This document shows positions 38,961 to 47,726 of a stretch of 64,000 nucleotides of DNA, in pieces (the stretch's first letter is position 1; each line of letters starts with the position of its first letter). Source of the DNA: an uncultured cyanobacterium (GTDB lineage: Bacteria; Cyanobacteriota; Cyanobacteriia; Pseudanabaenales; Pseudanabaenaceae); contig OY969811.1 of assembly GCA_963703315.1 (NCBI GenBank), positions 608,001 to 672,000 of the forward strand. The letters are read 5' to 3'. A model generated the notes under the pieces. That model searched no databases. It was given only the letters and a program-made list of their open reading frames with translations, and had not been told where the DNA came from. The position numbers were made by a program, and so were the translations under genes.

Positions 38961-40418
38961 TTGACACAATCTGGAATACCTCCCGTACCACCTAGCGGTG
39001 TGCCACCACAACTGCCCCGTAATCCTGCCGCGCCACCACCTGCAAACCAGCAACAACGTGTCGCTCCTCCTCCCAATCCTCAAGCACCTCCCAATCCTCA
39101 AGCTGGTCAAGCTCGTAGCGCTGCTCCCAATCCTGCCCAGCAAGCCCAACAACAAGCGCAATTACAGCAGCAACAACTGCAAGCGCAACAGGCTCGTGCT
39201 GCTGCTGCTGCCCGTCAAGCACAGATGGCAATTCCCACAGATACGCAGGTAACGAGTGTCCCGCCGCCACCAAACCCTCGTCCACCCATCCGTCCAGGTC
39301 CACCTCCAAACTTACCGGGGTTAGGCGTGCCAGCGCTCTTGCAGCGTAGTACAGGACAACCCACCCTCGCGCAGATTGTCAAAGATGCCCATGAACAAGG
39401 ATGTTCAGATATCCATGCTGGGGTAAATGAACCAGTGCGATTTCGGAGTCGTGGCTTAATGGTGACACAGGAGCAGTATCCCGTTCCCGATAAGCAGACC
39501 TTTGAGACTTGGTTAACGGAAATTATGGATGATAAACAAATCCAGCAATTTCGCGACACCTTAGAGTTTGACGGTGCGACTCAATACGAATTTGCCCGTT
39601 GTCGGATCAATGTTTTTGATTCGTTACGGGGACCTGCAATGGTGTTACGACTGATCCCTCTGAAGATTTTGTCGATCGATCAGCTTGGTTTGCCAGAGGT
39701 GTTCCGTGAGCTTTGTTATACCCACAAAGGTTTAATTTTGGTAACGGGTCCAACGGGTTCAGGGAAATCGACGACTTTGGCGGCGATGGTGGACTTCATT
39801 AATACGGAAATGCAGAAGCATCTCATTTCCATTGAAGACCCGATTGAATTTGTGCATCAAAGTAAAAAAGCATTGATCAAACAACGGGAAGTTGGTATCC
39901 ACACCCTCAAGTTTGATAATGCGCTAAAAGCCTGTTTACGTGAAGATCCTGACATCATCCTCATTGGGGAAATGCGGGATAAAGAAACAGTGAATACGGC
40001 ACTCAAAGCTGCTCAAACAGGTCACTTAGTCTTCGGAACTCTCCACACTAACAGTGCTGTCAAAACGATTGAACGGATTCTCAATCTCTATGAACCTGAA
40101 CAACAAGGACCAATGCGGATTCAAGTTTCTGAATCTTTAGTAGGTGTTATTGCTCAGGGCTTGGTGCGAACTACTGATGGTAAACGGGCGGCGGTTCATG
40201 AAATCATGATCAATACCGATGCGGTGCGTGACTATATCAAACGTGGTGAAATTGATGAGATTGAGGCACTGATTCCAAAATGTACTTATGAGGGCATGGT
40301 CAATATGAACCAATCTCTCTATAAGCTCTATGAAGATGGACGCATTACGGAAGAGACTGCTGTAGAGAACTCGCCAAAACCCAACGAAATGGCACAAATG
40401 CTACGTGGTCGTATGTAA
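38961..40418 (+). CDS. pilT: Type IV pilus retraction ATPase, PilT2-like, with a Pro/Gln-rich N-terminal extension
   Basis: Motifs SDIH, VTGPTGSGKSTTLAA, IEDPIEF, LREDPD, GEMRD and GHLVFGTLHT. Confidence 0.93.
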   Translation: MTQSGIPPVPPSGVPPQLPRNPAAPPPANQQQRVAPPPNPQAPPNPQAGQARSAAPNPAQQAQQQAQLQQQQLQAQQARAAAAARQAQMAIPTDTQVTSVPPPPNPRPPIRPGPPPNLPGLGVPALLQRSTGQPTLAQIVKDAHEQGCSDIHAGVNEPVRFRSRGLMVTQEQYPVPDKQTFETWLTEIMDDKQIQQFRDTLEFDGATQYEFARCRINVFDSLRGPAMVLRLIPLKILSIDQLGLPEVFRELCYTHKGLILVTGPTGSGKSTTLAAMVDFINTEMQKHLISIEDPIEFVHQSKKALIKQREVGIHTLKFDNALKACLREDPDIILIGEMRDKETVNTALKAAQTGHLVFGTLHTNSAVKTIERILNLYEPEQQGPMRIQVSESLVGVIAQGLVRTTDGKRAAVHEIMINTDAVRDYIKRGEIDEIEALIPKCTYEGMVNMNQSLYKLYEDGRITEETAVENSPKPNEMAQMLRGRM

Positions 40419-40498
40419 AACCATATATTTTGAAACTTTTGCTATGCAAAAGTTTCAAAATATATATATTAAAAACCTATAATTATTGCAAAACTTTC

Positions 40499-41101
40499 AT
40501 GAATGCTTTAGAATTTTTCCAAAAAAGTGCGGGCAAATGGCGATCGCAACGGACTACCCATCACTTAGCGTTTCGCCGTGCCGAAAAAGGTGGATCGGAA
40601 ATTTACGTTAATCCTTTAAATGCTGATGATCCGAAGGTGATTGAAATCTGCCAAATGCATGAGGTTGAGCCAACTAGTGCGATCGGTGGAGCCTATGTCA
40701 AATGGGATGGCACGATGGCATGGGATAAGGAAGATGGCGAAACTCATTCAGGGGAAACCGTATTTGCTCTCGTACCAGATGAGGAGACGGAGCGTAAGGG
40801 CAGGCTATTGCGCGAACGTGGCTATGCAGAAATTATGCCTGTCATCGGACGTTATGAGATTGATGATGAAGAGGCGTTGGTTTTAATCACTGACTATCCA
40901 TCAATGAGTTCCTATGAGCGTTTCTGGTTCCCTGCGCCGAATGTGCGGATGCGGGCTAGCACTGTGCAGCGCTTTGGAGGATTTAGTCAGGCTACTTTCT
41001 GCACTGAGGAATTGATTGCAGAAGGTGATGATGCGGAAAATGCTGAGCCAGATCTTAGTTCGGTGACTCAACCAGCGATCGCCTCAGCTTTTGGTTGGTA
41101 A
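40499..41101 (+). CDS. cpcS: CpcS/CpeS-type phycobiliprotein lyase (start 40499 inferred)
   Basis: Motifs EFFQKSAGKWRSQRTTHHL, RERGYAE, ERFWF and ATFCTE. Confidence 0.9.
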   Translation: MNALEFFQKSAGKWRSQRTTHHLAFRRAEKGGSEIYVNPLNADDPKVIEICQMHEVEPTSAIGGAYVKWDGTMAWDKEDGETHSGETVFALVPDEETERKGRLLRERGYAEIMPVIGRYEIDDEEALVLITDYPSMSSYERFWFPAPNVRMRASTVQRFGGFSQATFCTEELIAEGDDAENAEPDLSSVTQPAIASAFGW

Positions 41102-41102
41102 T

Positions 41103-41143
41103 GCCCTCACCCCAACCCCTCTCCCGCAGGGAGAGGGGCTAGG
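41103..41143. repeat. CCCTCACCCC-type palindromic repeat between convergent genes
   Basis: GCCCTCACCCCAACCCCTCTCCC-GCA-GGGAGAGGGGCTAGG. Confidence 0.8.
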
Positions 41144-41144
41144 A

Positions 41145-42326
41145 TTAGCGAAATGGTGGTGCGTACAATAAACCGCCATTTTTCCAGAGTTCATTTTGTC
41201 CGCGTGGTAGCTTGAAAGAACTATTTTGACCGAGGTTGCGATCGTAGATTTCGGCGTAATTACCTGTATGTTTGATCACTCGCGCTACAAAATCATTACT
41301 GATACCCATATCTTTACCTAAACTGCCTTCAACTCCTAAAAAGCGCCGAATTTCGGCATTATTGCTTTTTAGCTGGGTTGCTAAGTTAGTAGAGGAAATC
41401 TCTAAATCTTCAGCATTGATGGTGGCAAAGATAATCCATTTCGTAATATCTGACCATTGCGAATCGCCATCAAGTACCGCAGGGGCTAGTGGTTCTTTCG
41501 ACAACACAAAATCTAACACCAGATGGTTTTCAGGGTCGGAGAGTCTGGTACGACGCACTACTAAGGCGGAGCGATCGGCAGTGATGGCTTTACAACGTCC
41601 TGACTGATAGGCATTAAAGGTGGCATTTACATCTTCGTAAACCACTGGCTTATAGGCAAGATTACGCTTACGCATTTGATCGGCGAGATTCTGCTCAGTG
41701 GTTGTTCCTGTTTGAGCGCAAATATCGGCATCTTTGAGATCCTCGATCGCCTTAATATTGCTATCTTTGCGTACCATTAAGCCCTGCCCATCATAAAAAA
41801 CCACAGGCAGAAAGGCTAAGCGTGAAGTGGTATCTCGTCCTAATGTCCATGTCGTATTGCGGCTTAGTACATCAATTTCACCCGATTGCAAAGCGGTGAA
41901 GCGCTCTTTGGCATTGAGATTGCGAAACTGCACAGCATCAGGATTATCAAATAAGGCGGCGGCGATCGCTCGACAAACATCAACATCCAATCCCGAATAT
42001 TTGCCCTCTTTATTCACAAAGCTAAATCCCGGTAATTCGCCACTAACACCACAATTGAGCTTGCCACGAGCTAACACCGTTTTGAGGCGATCATTCCCAT
42101 TACTACTTGCCGTATTGCCAGTATTTGATTGATTTGGATTTGGTGCTGACTCACAAGCTGCTAGGGCAAATAAACATAAACTTGTTAGTAACAAAGCGAT
42201 CGCCCGTTGCCAGATTGGTCTACGAATTAGCCCATGAAGAAACTTTTTCCAAAAATACCAGAAACCTTGACTAGGCGATCGCTTTTGATAATGCATAAAT
42301 GTTTTTAGATGATTTTTTGAATGCAT
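41145..42326 (-). CDS. Amino acid ABC transporter substrate-binding lipoprotein (AapJ/BztA/NatF type); start uncertain
   Basis: Lipobox LAAC; motifs GLDVDVCRAIAAA, SRNTTWT, SKEPL, GNYAEIYDRNLG and GGLLYAPPFR. Confidence 0.92.
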   Translation of the reverse strand: MHSKNHLKTFMHYQKRSPSQGFWYFWKKFLHGLIRRPIWQRAIALLLTSLCLFALAACESAPNPNQSNTGNTASSNGNDRLKTVLARGKLNCGVSGELPGFSFVNKEGKYSGLDVDVCRAIAAALFDNPDAVQFRNLNAKERFTALQSGEIDVLSRNTTWTLGRDTTSRLAFLPVVFYDGQGLMVRKDSNIKAIEDLKDADICAQTGTTTEQNLADQMRKRNLAYKPVVYEDVNATFNAYQSGRCKAITADRSALVVRRTRLSDPENHLVLDFVLSKEPLAPAVLDGDSQWSDITKWIIFATINAEDLEISSTNLATQLKSNNAEIRRFLGVEGSLGKDMGISNDFVARVIKHTGNYAEIYDRNLGQNSSFKLPRGQNELWKNGGLLYAPPFR

Positions 42327-42350
42327 TATAGCGGCTTGTCCAAAAATCCA
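42313..42350 (+). repeat. Left part of a duplicated intergenic spacer (full copy at 45129-45201)
   Basis: TTTTTTGAATGCATTATAGCGGCTTG is identical at 42313 and 45129, followed by a similar CCAAAAA-TCCA. Confidence 0.9.
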
Positions 42351-42402
42351 AGGATTATATCTAAAAAACTTTCATGAAACACTCTCAAAGTTCTATCTCT
42401 AT

Positions 42403-43899
42403 ATGCAAATACGAATCGTAGAACAATTACAATTATTGATTGCCTTTAGCAATGGCGATCGCACTGACTGGACTACACTTTTGCCCCTGCTTGAAGCAGA
42501 CTCATTGAGGGTGAGGGTGTCTGCCTATCAGCTTTTGCGCGAATGTCCGCATGAACCTAACATTGATGATTATTTACTGCAACATATTCCCTATGAAGCC
42601 TTTTACCGCATTCACGAATTCTCAGAACTTGATTATCGCAAGTTGAATTCAGGGCAATATTTGATTCCGCTTGATAGCAAAAGTTTTATATGTTGGTTTG
42701 ACAATGGCGAGATTCGGCGAATCGATCCATTTACGGGCGCTCTTCTCAACTCATCGCCGCCCAATTGCAAAGATAGGTGTTCAGTATCAGCTTGTGCCAT
42801 TCATCCCAATGACAATCTCATTTATCAAGCATTGACCAATGGCAAGATCCAAATTTTGGATTATGCACACCAGACAATCGCAGGATTTTTAGAGCCATAT
42901 ACTCAGCTTGAAGGGCATCATGTTCCAACGTTGGACTCCTTAGCTTGCGATCGCGCAGGACAGATTTTGGTGGGATATATTGGCAAAACGGCTACTTTAT
43001 TGGTCTGGGATTTGGCTTCGGGCAAGTTGCGCGATCGCTATGAAACGAATATCAATACTCATAGATTTCCCAGAATGTGTCTAACCCCGAATGGACGTTA
43101 CGCTGCTTTTACGGTGTCAGATGGGGTACAGATTTTCGATTTCCAAAACCGACAAATGCTTGCTCGCATTAGTCCTCATTTTACCTATCTAAATCCGATT
43201 ATTAGTCCTGTTGGCAATAGCCTAATTGTGGATGATGTGCAAATCATTCAAGAACGTAGGTTTTTTGATGGTGCCGTGCGCCACGAAAGTCAATTACCTG
43301 AACAGATTTTCAAAAGTTATCCAGATCGTTGTTGTCTAGGGTACGAAGGACATATACCTCATGTGGCGGCGATCGCCCCTGATGGTAAAACGCTCTTGAT
43401 CAAAGTAGAAAAAAATGATTATCTGTTATGGGACTTTCGTTCCCATCGATTACGTCGCCGTCATATCAGAGGAGGTGAGGCTTTATTTAGTCCTAATGGT
43501 CAATTTTTTATTGTCAGAGATGAAGGATTACAAGTTTGGGGAATTCGCAAGTATTTGCCAAAACTGCATGATCTCACCCCCAGTCAAGAGATATCTGATT
43601 TGTTCAGACTATGTACATCGGTATGGTCTGATGATAAGTCGATGTGTGCGATCGCGCCAACTGAAGAAGCCCTCATTTACAATTTTATGCAAATGGCAAA
43701 GCGTCATGGTTATCAGTTTGCTGTTGATGACATTCGCAAACGAGTTATCTATAAAAGCACCTATTTTTTTGATTGCTACACAATAGGAAAAGAAAGGGGA
43801 ATTCCTTGGCATGATTTGAAGCCACAGTTTGAGCAAGCCAGTTACCAGTATTCCTCAGGCTCATACTCAATGGCAGATCCATCACATTTTCCATTCTGA
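42403..43899 (+). CDS. Degenerate WD40-repeat protein with a possible Nif11-like C-terminal segment
   Basis: WD-like repeats CAIHPND, LVWDLASG, LTPNGRY, AIAPDGKTL, LWDF and FSPNGQF. Confidence 0.7.
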   Translation: MQIRIVEQLQLLIAFSNGDRTDWTTLLPLLEADSLRVRVSAYQLLRECPHEPNIDDYLLQHIPYEAFYRIHEFSELDYRKLNSGQYLIPLDSKSFICWFDNGEIRRIDPFTGALLNSSPPNCKDRCSVSACAIHPNDNLIYQALTNGKIQILDYAHQTIAGFLEPYTQLEGHHVPTLDSLACDRAGQILVGYIGKTATLLVWDLASGKLRDRYETNINTHRFPRMCLTPNGRYAAFTVSDGVQIFDFQNRQMLARISPHFTYLNPIISPVGNSLIVDDVQIIQERRFFDGAVRHESQLPEQIFKSYPDRCCLGYEGHIPHVAAIAPDGKTLLIKVEKNDYLLWDFRSHRLRRRHIRGGEALFSPNGQFFIVRDEGLQVWGIRKYLPKLHDLTPSQEISDLFRLCTSVWSDDKSMCAIAPTEEALIYNFMQMAKRHGYQFAVDDIRKRVIYKSTYFFDCYTIGKERGIPWHDLKPQFEQASYQYSSGSYSMADPSHFPF

Positions 43900-44018
43900 T
43901 CTCCTCCTCTTACCGTAGTGCGATCGCCGATCTCGTAGGTTAGGTTGAGATGCGAAACCCAACGCCATCAGGCTTTAACGACCATAAATATTGGGGTTGC
44001 AATATTTACGCAGCAAAT

Positions 44019-44056
44019 TCCATAAAAAAGACTCGCAATGCGAGTCTTATTGATTA
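44019..44056 (+). repeat. Right part of the duplicated spacer (copy of the cysE terminator)
   Basis: TCCATAAAAAAGACTCGCAATGCGAGTCTTATTGATTA closely matches 45163-45201. Confidence 0.9.
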
Positions 44057-44123
44057 GGCACTGGTCAGCTAATGGGGGATGGGTACTGAAACGCCAATTT
44101 CATGCCAACTAAAAAGGCGTAAA

Positions 44124-44227
44124 TAAGTAGCTCAGTATAGTTAAAACCCAAAACCAGAGCTTGTGCCGCCCGCTACGCGGGCGGCACAAGCCTCTAGGTT
44201 TTAAGTTTACTTATGCCTAGCTACTTA
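44124..44227. mobile_element. MITE-like family B, full copy (104 bp)
   Basis: TIRs TAAGTAGCT / AGCTACTTA; perfect core GCTTGTGCCGCCCGC-TAC-GCGGGCGGCACAAGC. Confidence 0.85.
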
Positions 44228-44318
44228 CGTTGATCACGCTTTAGCTGTCCAGTGCCCATTTTCGTTTTTCCAAGAGAATCTACTACAATGTACTAGTACA
44301 GTTCGATTCAGGTGCAAT

Positions 44319-44672
44319 ATGTCCCTAATGAGCGCCCCAGAGAAATTTCAAGTGATATCGCCACCTTTTCGTTGGGATGATGCAGGAGGTGTTCGTATCG
44401 GTTCAAGTCGCGTAACACTGGATAGTCTACTCACTTCCTATCACAATGGCTGCACTCCTGAAGAAATCGCTATTCAGTATTCAGTTCTTCATTTAGAAGA
44501 CATATACAGTGCGATTGCTTATTATCTAAACCATCGTGAGGAAATTGACAATTATTTGGAGCAACGCAATCAACAAGCTCAAAAACTCAGGCAACAACTT
44601 ACTCAAAAGCACGACCTAGCGAATCTGAGGCATCGCTTACTTACTCGTCAGTTACAAAACGAATCGAGGTAA
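44319..44672 (+). CDS. DUF433 antitoxin-like protein
   Basis: GGVRIGSSRVTLD...G.TPEEIA..Y..L.LEDIYSAIAYY. Confidence 0.9.
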   Translation: MSLMSAPEKFQVISPPFRWDDAGGVRIGSSRVTLDSLLTSYHNGCTPEEIAIQYSVLHLEDIYSAIAYYLNHREEIDNYLEQRNQQAQKLRQQLTQKHDLANLRHRLLTRQLQNESR

Positions 44673-44673
44673 A

Positions 44674-45024
44674 ATGCGCCTTCTAACTGACGAAAATTTT
44701 AACGGGGCTATATTGCGTGGTCTAATGAGACGTTTGCCTACATTGGATGTAATTCGTGTTCAAGACGTAGGGTTAAAGAATACTGATGATCCAGTTATAT
44801 TGGAATGGGCGGCGAATGAGGGACGTGTCTTGCTTACCCATGATGTAGCCACCATTACGATGTATGCATATGAGCGAGTCAATCAAGGATTACCCATGAC
44901 TGGAGTTGTGGAAGTGATTGCGACAGCCGCCATTGGTAAAATCATTGATGACTTAGAATTATTTATTTGTTGCAGCGAACCTGAAGAATATGAGGGTCAA
45001 GTTCTTTTTATACCTTTCTCCTAA
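44674..45024 (+). CDS. DUF5615 PIN-like (VapC45/Mut7-C-like) toxin
   Basis: Motifs MRLLTDENF, DDPVILEWAA and RVLLTHD; 1 bp downstream of the DUF433 gene. Confidence 0.88.
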   Translation: MRLLTDENFNGAILRGLMRRLPTLDVIRVQDVGLKNTDDPVILEWAANEGRVLLTHDVATITMYAYERVNQGLPMTGVVEVIATAAIGKIIDDLELFICCSEPEEYEGQVLFIPFS

Positions 45025-45036
45025 AGCCCAGTCAAA

Positions 45037-45125
45037 GCCTAACACTGCGTTGGAGCTGACTACTAGACAGTGATCTTCAAAAGGCAAAGCTGCTTATCTG
45101 CCGCCGCACAACTTCACCGTTAGGT
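45037..45125 (+). other. attC recombination site (89 bp)
   Basis: R'' GCCTAAC, 5-bp spacer, L'' GTTGGAGC, then L' GCACAAC, 6-bp spacer, R' GTTAGGT; starts 12 bp after the toxin stop codon. Confidence 0.78.
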
Positions 45126-45198
45126 TGCTTTTTTGAATGCATTATAGCGGCTTGCCAAAAACTCCATAAAAAAAGACTCGCATTGCGAGTCTTATTGA

Positions 45199-46002
45199 TT
45201 AAATACCGCCACCTTCAGAAAATCCTTCATATTCTTGAGGATGTTCAAAATGATTAGCACGATCGGAAGGCGTAAGATGACGAGGACGAACATTCTTCAG
45301 CAATTCTGAATCAATGATGTAGTTATTAACTGGGTGTAAAGTATGCGCTTCAGCGTGTCTTTCCAACTGCTCCACACGACCAATTAGCGATCGGATCACA
45401 TCGCCTTCAGGATCGGGAACTTGAAAGTGATCGAGAGCCGAAACTTTGACACCGTGGCGATGCACAATGCGCCCGGGGATACCAACAACAGTGCAATCGG
45501 GAGGGACGCATTTCAAAACCACAGAGCCAGCGCCAATCCGCGAATTGCTACCAATCTCAATATTGCCTAAAACCTTCGCACCAGCGCCAATAACCACGTT
45601 ATTGCCGAGAGTGGGGTGACGCTTGCCTGACTGTTTACCAGTACCGCCGAGAGTTACACCCTGATAAATCAAGACATATTCGCCAATTATCGCCGTTTCG
45701 CCAATTACTACGCCCATACCATGATCAATAAATGCACCCATGCCAATTCTCGCGCCGGGGTGAATTTCGATACCCGTTAAAAATCTCGCAAATTGCGAGA
45801 TCATGCGGGGAATTACGGGTAACTTGAGGCTATGCAACCAATGGGCAAACCGATATAAGACGATCGCATGGAATCCGGGATAGCATAACAGCACTTCTAG
45901 CCAGTTACGCGCAGCAGGGTCGCGTTCAAAAATAATTGCGAAGTCGGCTCGCAGTGTTTTGATAATGTTTTTCAACGGTTTAAAAACCTTTTTTATATTC
46001 AA
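45199..46002 (-). CDS. cysE: Serine O-acetyltransferase
   Basis: Motifs [34 protein letters not shown]...RHPT and VVGIPGR. Confidence 0.97.
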   Translation of the reverse strand: MNIKKVFKPLKNIIKTLRADFAIIFERDPAARNWLEVLLCYPGFHAIVLYRFAHWLHSLKLPVIPRMISQFARFLTGIEIHPGARIGMGAFIDHGMGVVIGETAIIGEYVLIYQGVTLGGTGKQSGKRHPTLGNNVVIGAGAKVLGNIEIGSNSRIGAGSVVLKCVPPDCTVVGIPGRIVHRHGVKVSALDHFQVPDPEGDVIRSLIGRVEQLERHAEAHTLHPVNNYIIDSELLKNVRPRHLTPSDRANHFEHPQEYEGFSEGGGI

Positions 46003-46067
46003 CTGCTGATTTTAAAATCCTAGCGGATATTTTGTATCAAAGGAAACTACCTTTTGGAATGAATCTT

Positions 46068-46172
46068 TACAGCGCTTTGCGCTGACTTGAAACCCAGAGA
46101 AATTTTTGAGAGCGCGGCGGAGCCGCGCTCTCAAAAATTTCTCTGTACTACTTTAAGTCTCAATAGGCTGTA
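46068..46172. mobile_element. MITE-like family C, full copy
   Basis: Ends TACAGC...GCTGTA; 24-bp arms CAGAGAAATTTTTGAGAGCGCGGC around a GGA loop. Confidence 0.8.
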
Positions 46173-46279
46173 TATAGCTGTTGCCATTTTTATTAAGACA
46201 AATCAAAAACTCAGAAGCAAGTTGTGGCACGAATTGCCGCAACTTGCTTCTGGGATTTTGTCCTAACAAGACTGGCGAC
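46173..46279. mobile_element. MITE-like family D abutting the family C copy
   Basis: TATAGCTGTTGCCA...TGGCGAC; core CAGAAGCAAGTTG...CAACTTGCTTCTG. Confidence 0.65.
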
Positions 46280-46296
46280 CTCTTTTGGATAGTTTT

Positions 46297-46956
46297 TTAG
46301 ATAGGTGCAGAAAGCGCCAAAAATTGCTTTATGTCTTGCCAAAGGCTGTCCAAATTTTTACTTAAGGCATGATCATCATCTAATAATTTTAAAGTAACTT
46401 GCGATCGCCTGTTATTAAATTCTTCGCTGAGAAATGATGGTACAACCTCGTCATTAATACCGTGAAAGATCAGAATTGGTAGCGATCTCGTTAGTTGTGC
46501 TTCCGAATATTTTTGGGCATCCACAAAAAATTGAAATTGTAAATTTACATTACGTTTTAGCCCGTAGTGATAAAACTCACGAATATTATCCTGTTGCCAC
46601 TTCGTAATATTTTCTGCCCCAATCGTCTTGGCAATGCGCTGACTAAAACCAAACGCAGGAGCAAATAAAACTAATTTCTGTACCAAAGGATTTTGGGCAG
46701 CCAGTTGCACCGCCAAAAATCCACCCAGACTAGAGCCGAATACAATAGTCGGATCGCCCTGCTGGAGATAGGTGCGATCGAGATATGCAAGTTGATCGGA
46801 GAGAGTCACCGTCGAGAAGTCAGTAAGATTGAGATCGGGTACGTGCAAAGTAAGTCCTAGTTCCGCGAATTTTTGCTGCATATAGGTAGCTTTGTAGGAA
46901 TTATGGCTAGACGCAAAACCGTGCAAGTACAAATAGTTCATTAACAAATAGTTCAT
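46297..46956 (-). CDS. YqiA/YcfP family alpha/beta hydrolase (start 46941 or 46956)
   Basis: Motifs YLYLHGFASS, GSSLGG, HGINDEVV and DDDH. A 15-bp tandem duplication creates two possible starts. Confidence 0.9.
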   Translation of the reverse strand: MNYLLMNYLYLHGFASSHNSYKATYMQQKFAELGLTLHVPDLNLTDFSTVTLSDQLAYLDRTYLQQGDPTIVFGSSLGGFLAVQLAAQNPLVQKLVLFAPAFGFSQRIAKTIGAENITKWQQDNIREFYHYGLKRNVNLQFQFFVDAQKYSEAQLTRSLPILIFHGINDEVVPSFLSEEFNNRRSQVTLKLLDDDHALSKNLDSLWQDIKQFLALSAPI

Positions 46957-46981
46957 TAGAGTTTGAGCAAAGCATTTAATT

Positions 46982-47677
46982 ATGAAGATCCTAAAGCCTT
47001 TTGGGTTTGATAAATCTCTACAGCGATCGCTACTAGTGGCGATCGCGATCGGTGGACTCAGCACTGCCTGTAGTCCTGAAGAGCCAAAGGTGCAGACTCC
47101 ACCCCCATCCACTCCAAGTCCTACGACTAAAGTAGAGAATCATGGGATGAATCACGGCTCAATGCACAGTGAAATGAACTTAGGTGTCGCCGATGCTGAC
47201 TATGATTTACGTTTCATTGATGCGATGATTCCTCACCATGAGGGAGCCGTAATCATGGCAAAGGCAGTCCTCGAAAAATCTAAGCGTCCAGAGCTTAAAA
47301 AACTTGCCAATGCGATCATCCAAGCTCAAAACAAAGAAATTGCCGAAATGAAGCAATGGCGCAAGGGTTGGTATCCCAAGGCAACTGATGCACCGATGGC
47401 GTGGCACAAGGAAACAAGTAAAACAATGGCAATGACTCCAGAACAAAAGTCGGCAATGCGAATGGAGATGAATTTGGGGGCAGCAGATCAAGATTTTGAT
47501 TTACGGTTTATCGATGCGATGATTCCTCACCATGAAGGTGCAGTGGTGATGGCAAAGGATGCACTAGGAAAATCTAAGCGATCGGAAATCATGAAATTAG
47601 CAAAAGAGATTATCTCTTCTCAACAAACTGAAATTAACGAAATGAAGAAATGGCGTAAAGCTTGGTATAACAAGTAA
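46982..47677 (+). CDS. DUF305 lipoprotein (CopM-like, His/Met-rich)
   Basis: Lipobox STAC; two copies of DLRFIDAMIPHHEGAV.MA. Confidence 0.9.
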   Translation: MKILKPFGFDKSLQRSLLVAIAIGGLSTACSPEEPKVQTPPPSTPSPTTKVENHGMNHGSMHSEMNLGVADADYDLRFIDAMIPHHEGAVIMAKAVLEKSKRPELKKLANAIIQAQNKEIAEMKQWRKGWYPKATDAPMAWHKETSKTMAMTPEQKSAMRMEMNLGAADQDFDLRFIDAMIPHHEGAVVMAKDALGKSKRSEIMKLAKEIISSQQTEINEMKKWRKAWYNK

Positions 47678-47726
47678 AAAGAGAGTTGCAGCGCTTCGCG
47701 CTGCAACTCTCTTTTTACTTGTTATA
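47666..47726. repeat. Perfect 29-bp-arm palindrome overlapping the stop codons of two convergent genes
   Basis: TATAACAAGTAAAAAGAGAGTTGCAGCGC-TTC-GCGCTGCAACTCTCTTTTTACTTGTTATA. Confidence 0.85.

Larger units (their letters stand above)
44054..45125 (+). mobile_element. Integron-type gene cassette carrying a TA pair (no intI in the window)
   Basis: Begins with TTAGGC, the exact complement of the attC R'' GCCTAA, and ends in the attC at 45037-45125; it contains no HIP1 site. Confidence 0.65.

Noticed and set aside
38961..39310. Low-complexity P/Q repeats as a separate element
   Set aside because: A Pro-rich N-terminal extension is typical of cyanobacterial PilT2-like proteins.
43957..44000. 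Second attC after the WD40 gene (ACCCAAC...)
   Set aside because: No matching L boxes or GTTRRRY at the right spacing; better explained as a decayed GTAG-REP.
46957..47112. N-terminal extension of the YqiA ORF overlapping the DUF305 gene
   Set aside because: Family similarity starts at MNYLYLHGF; the extension is antisense to a real gene.
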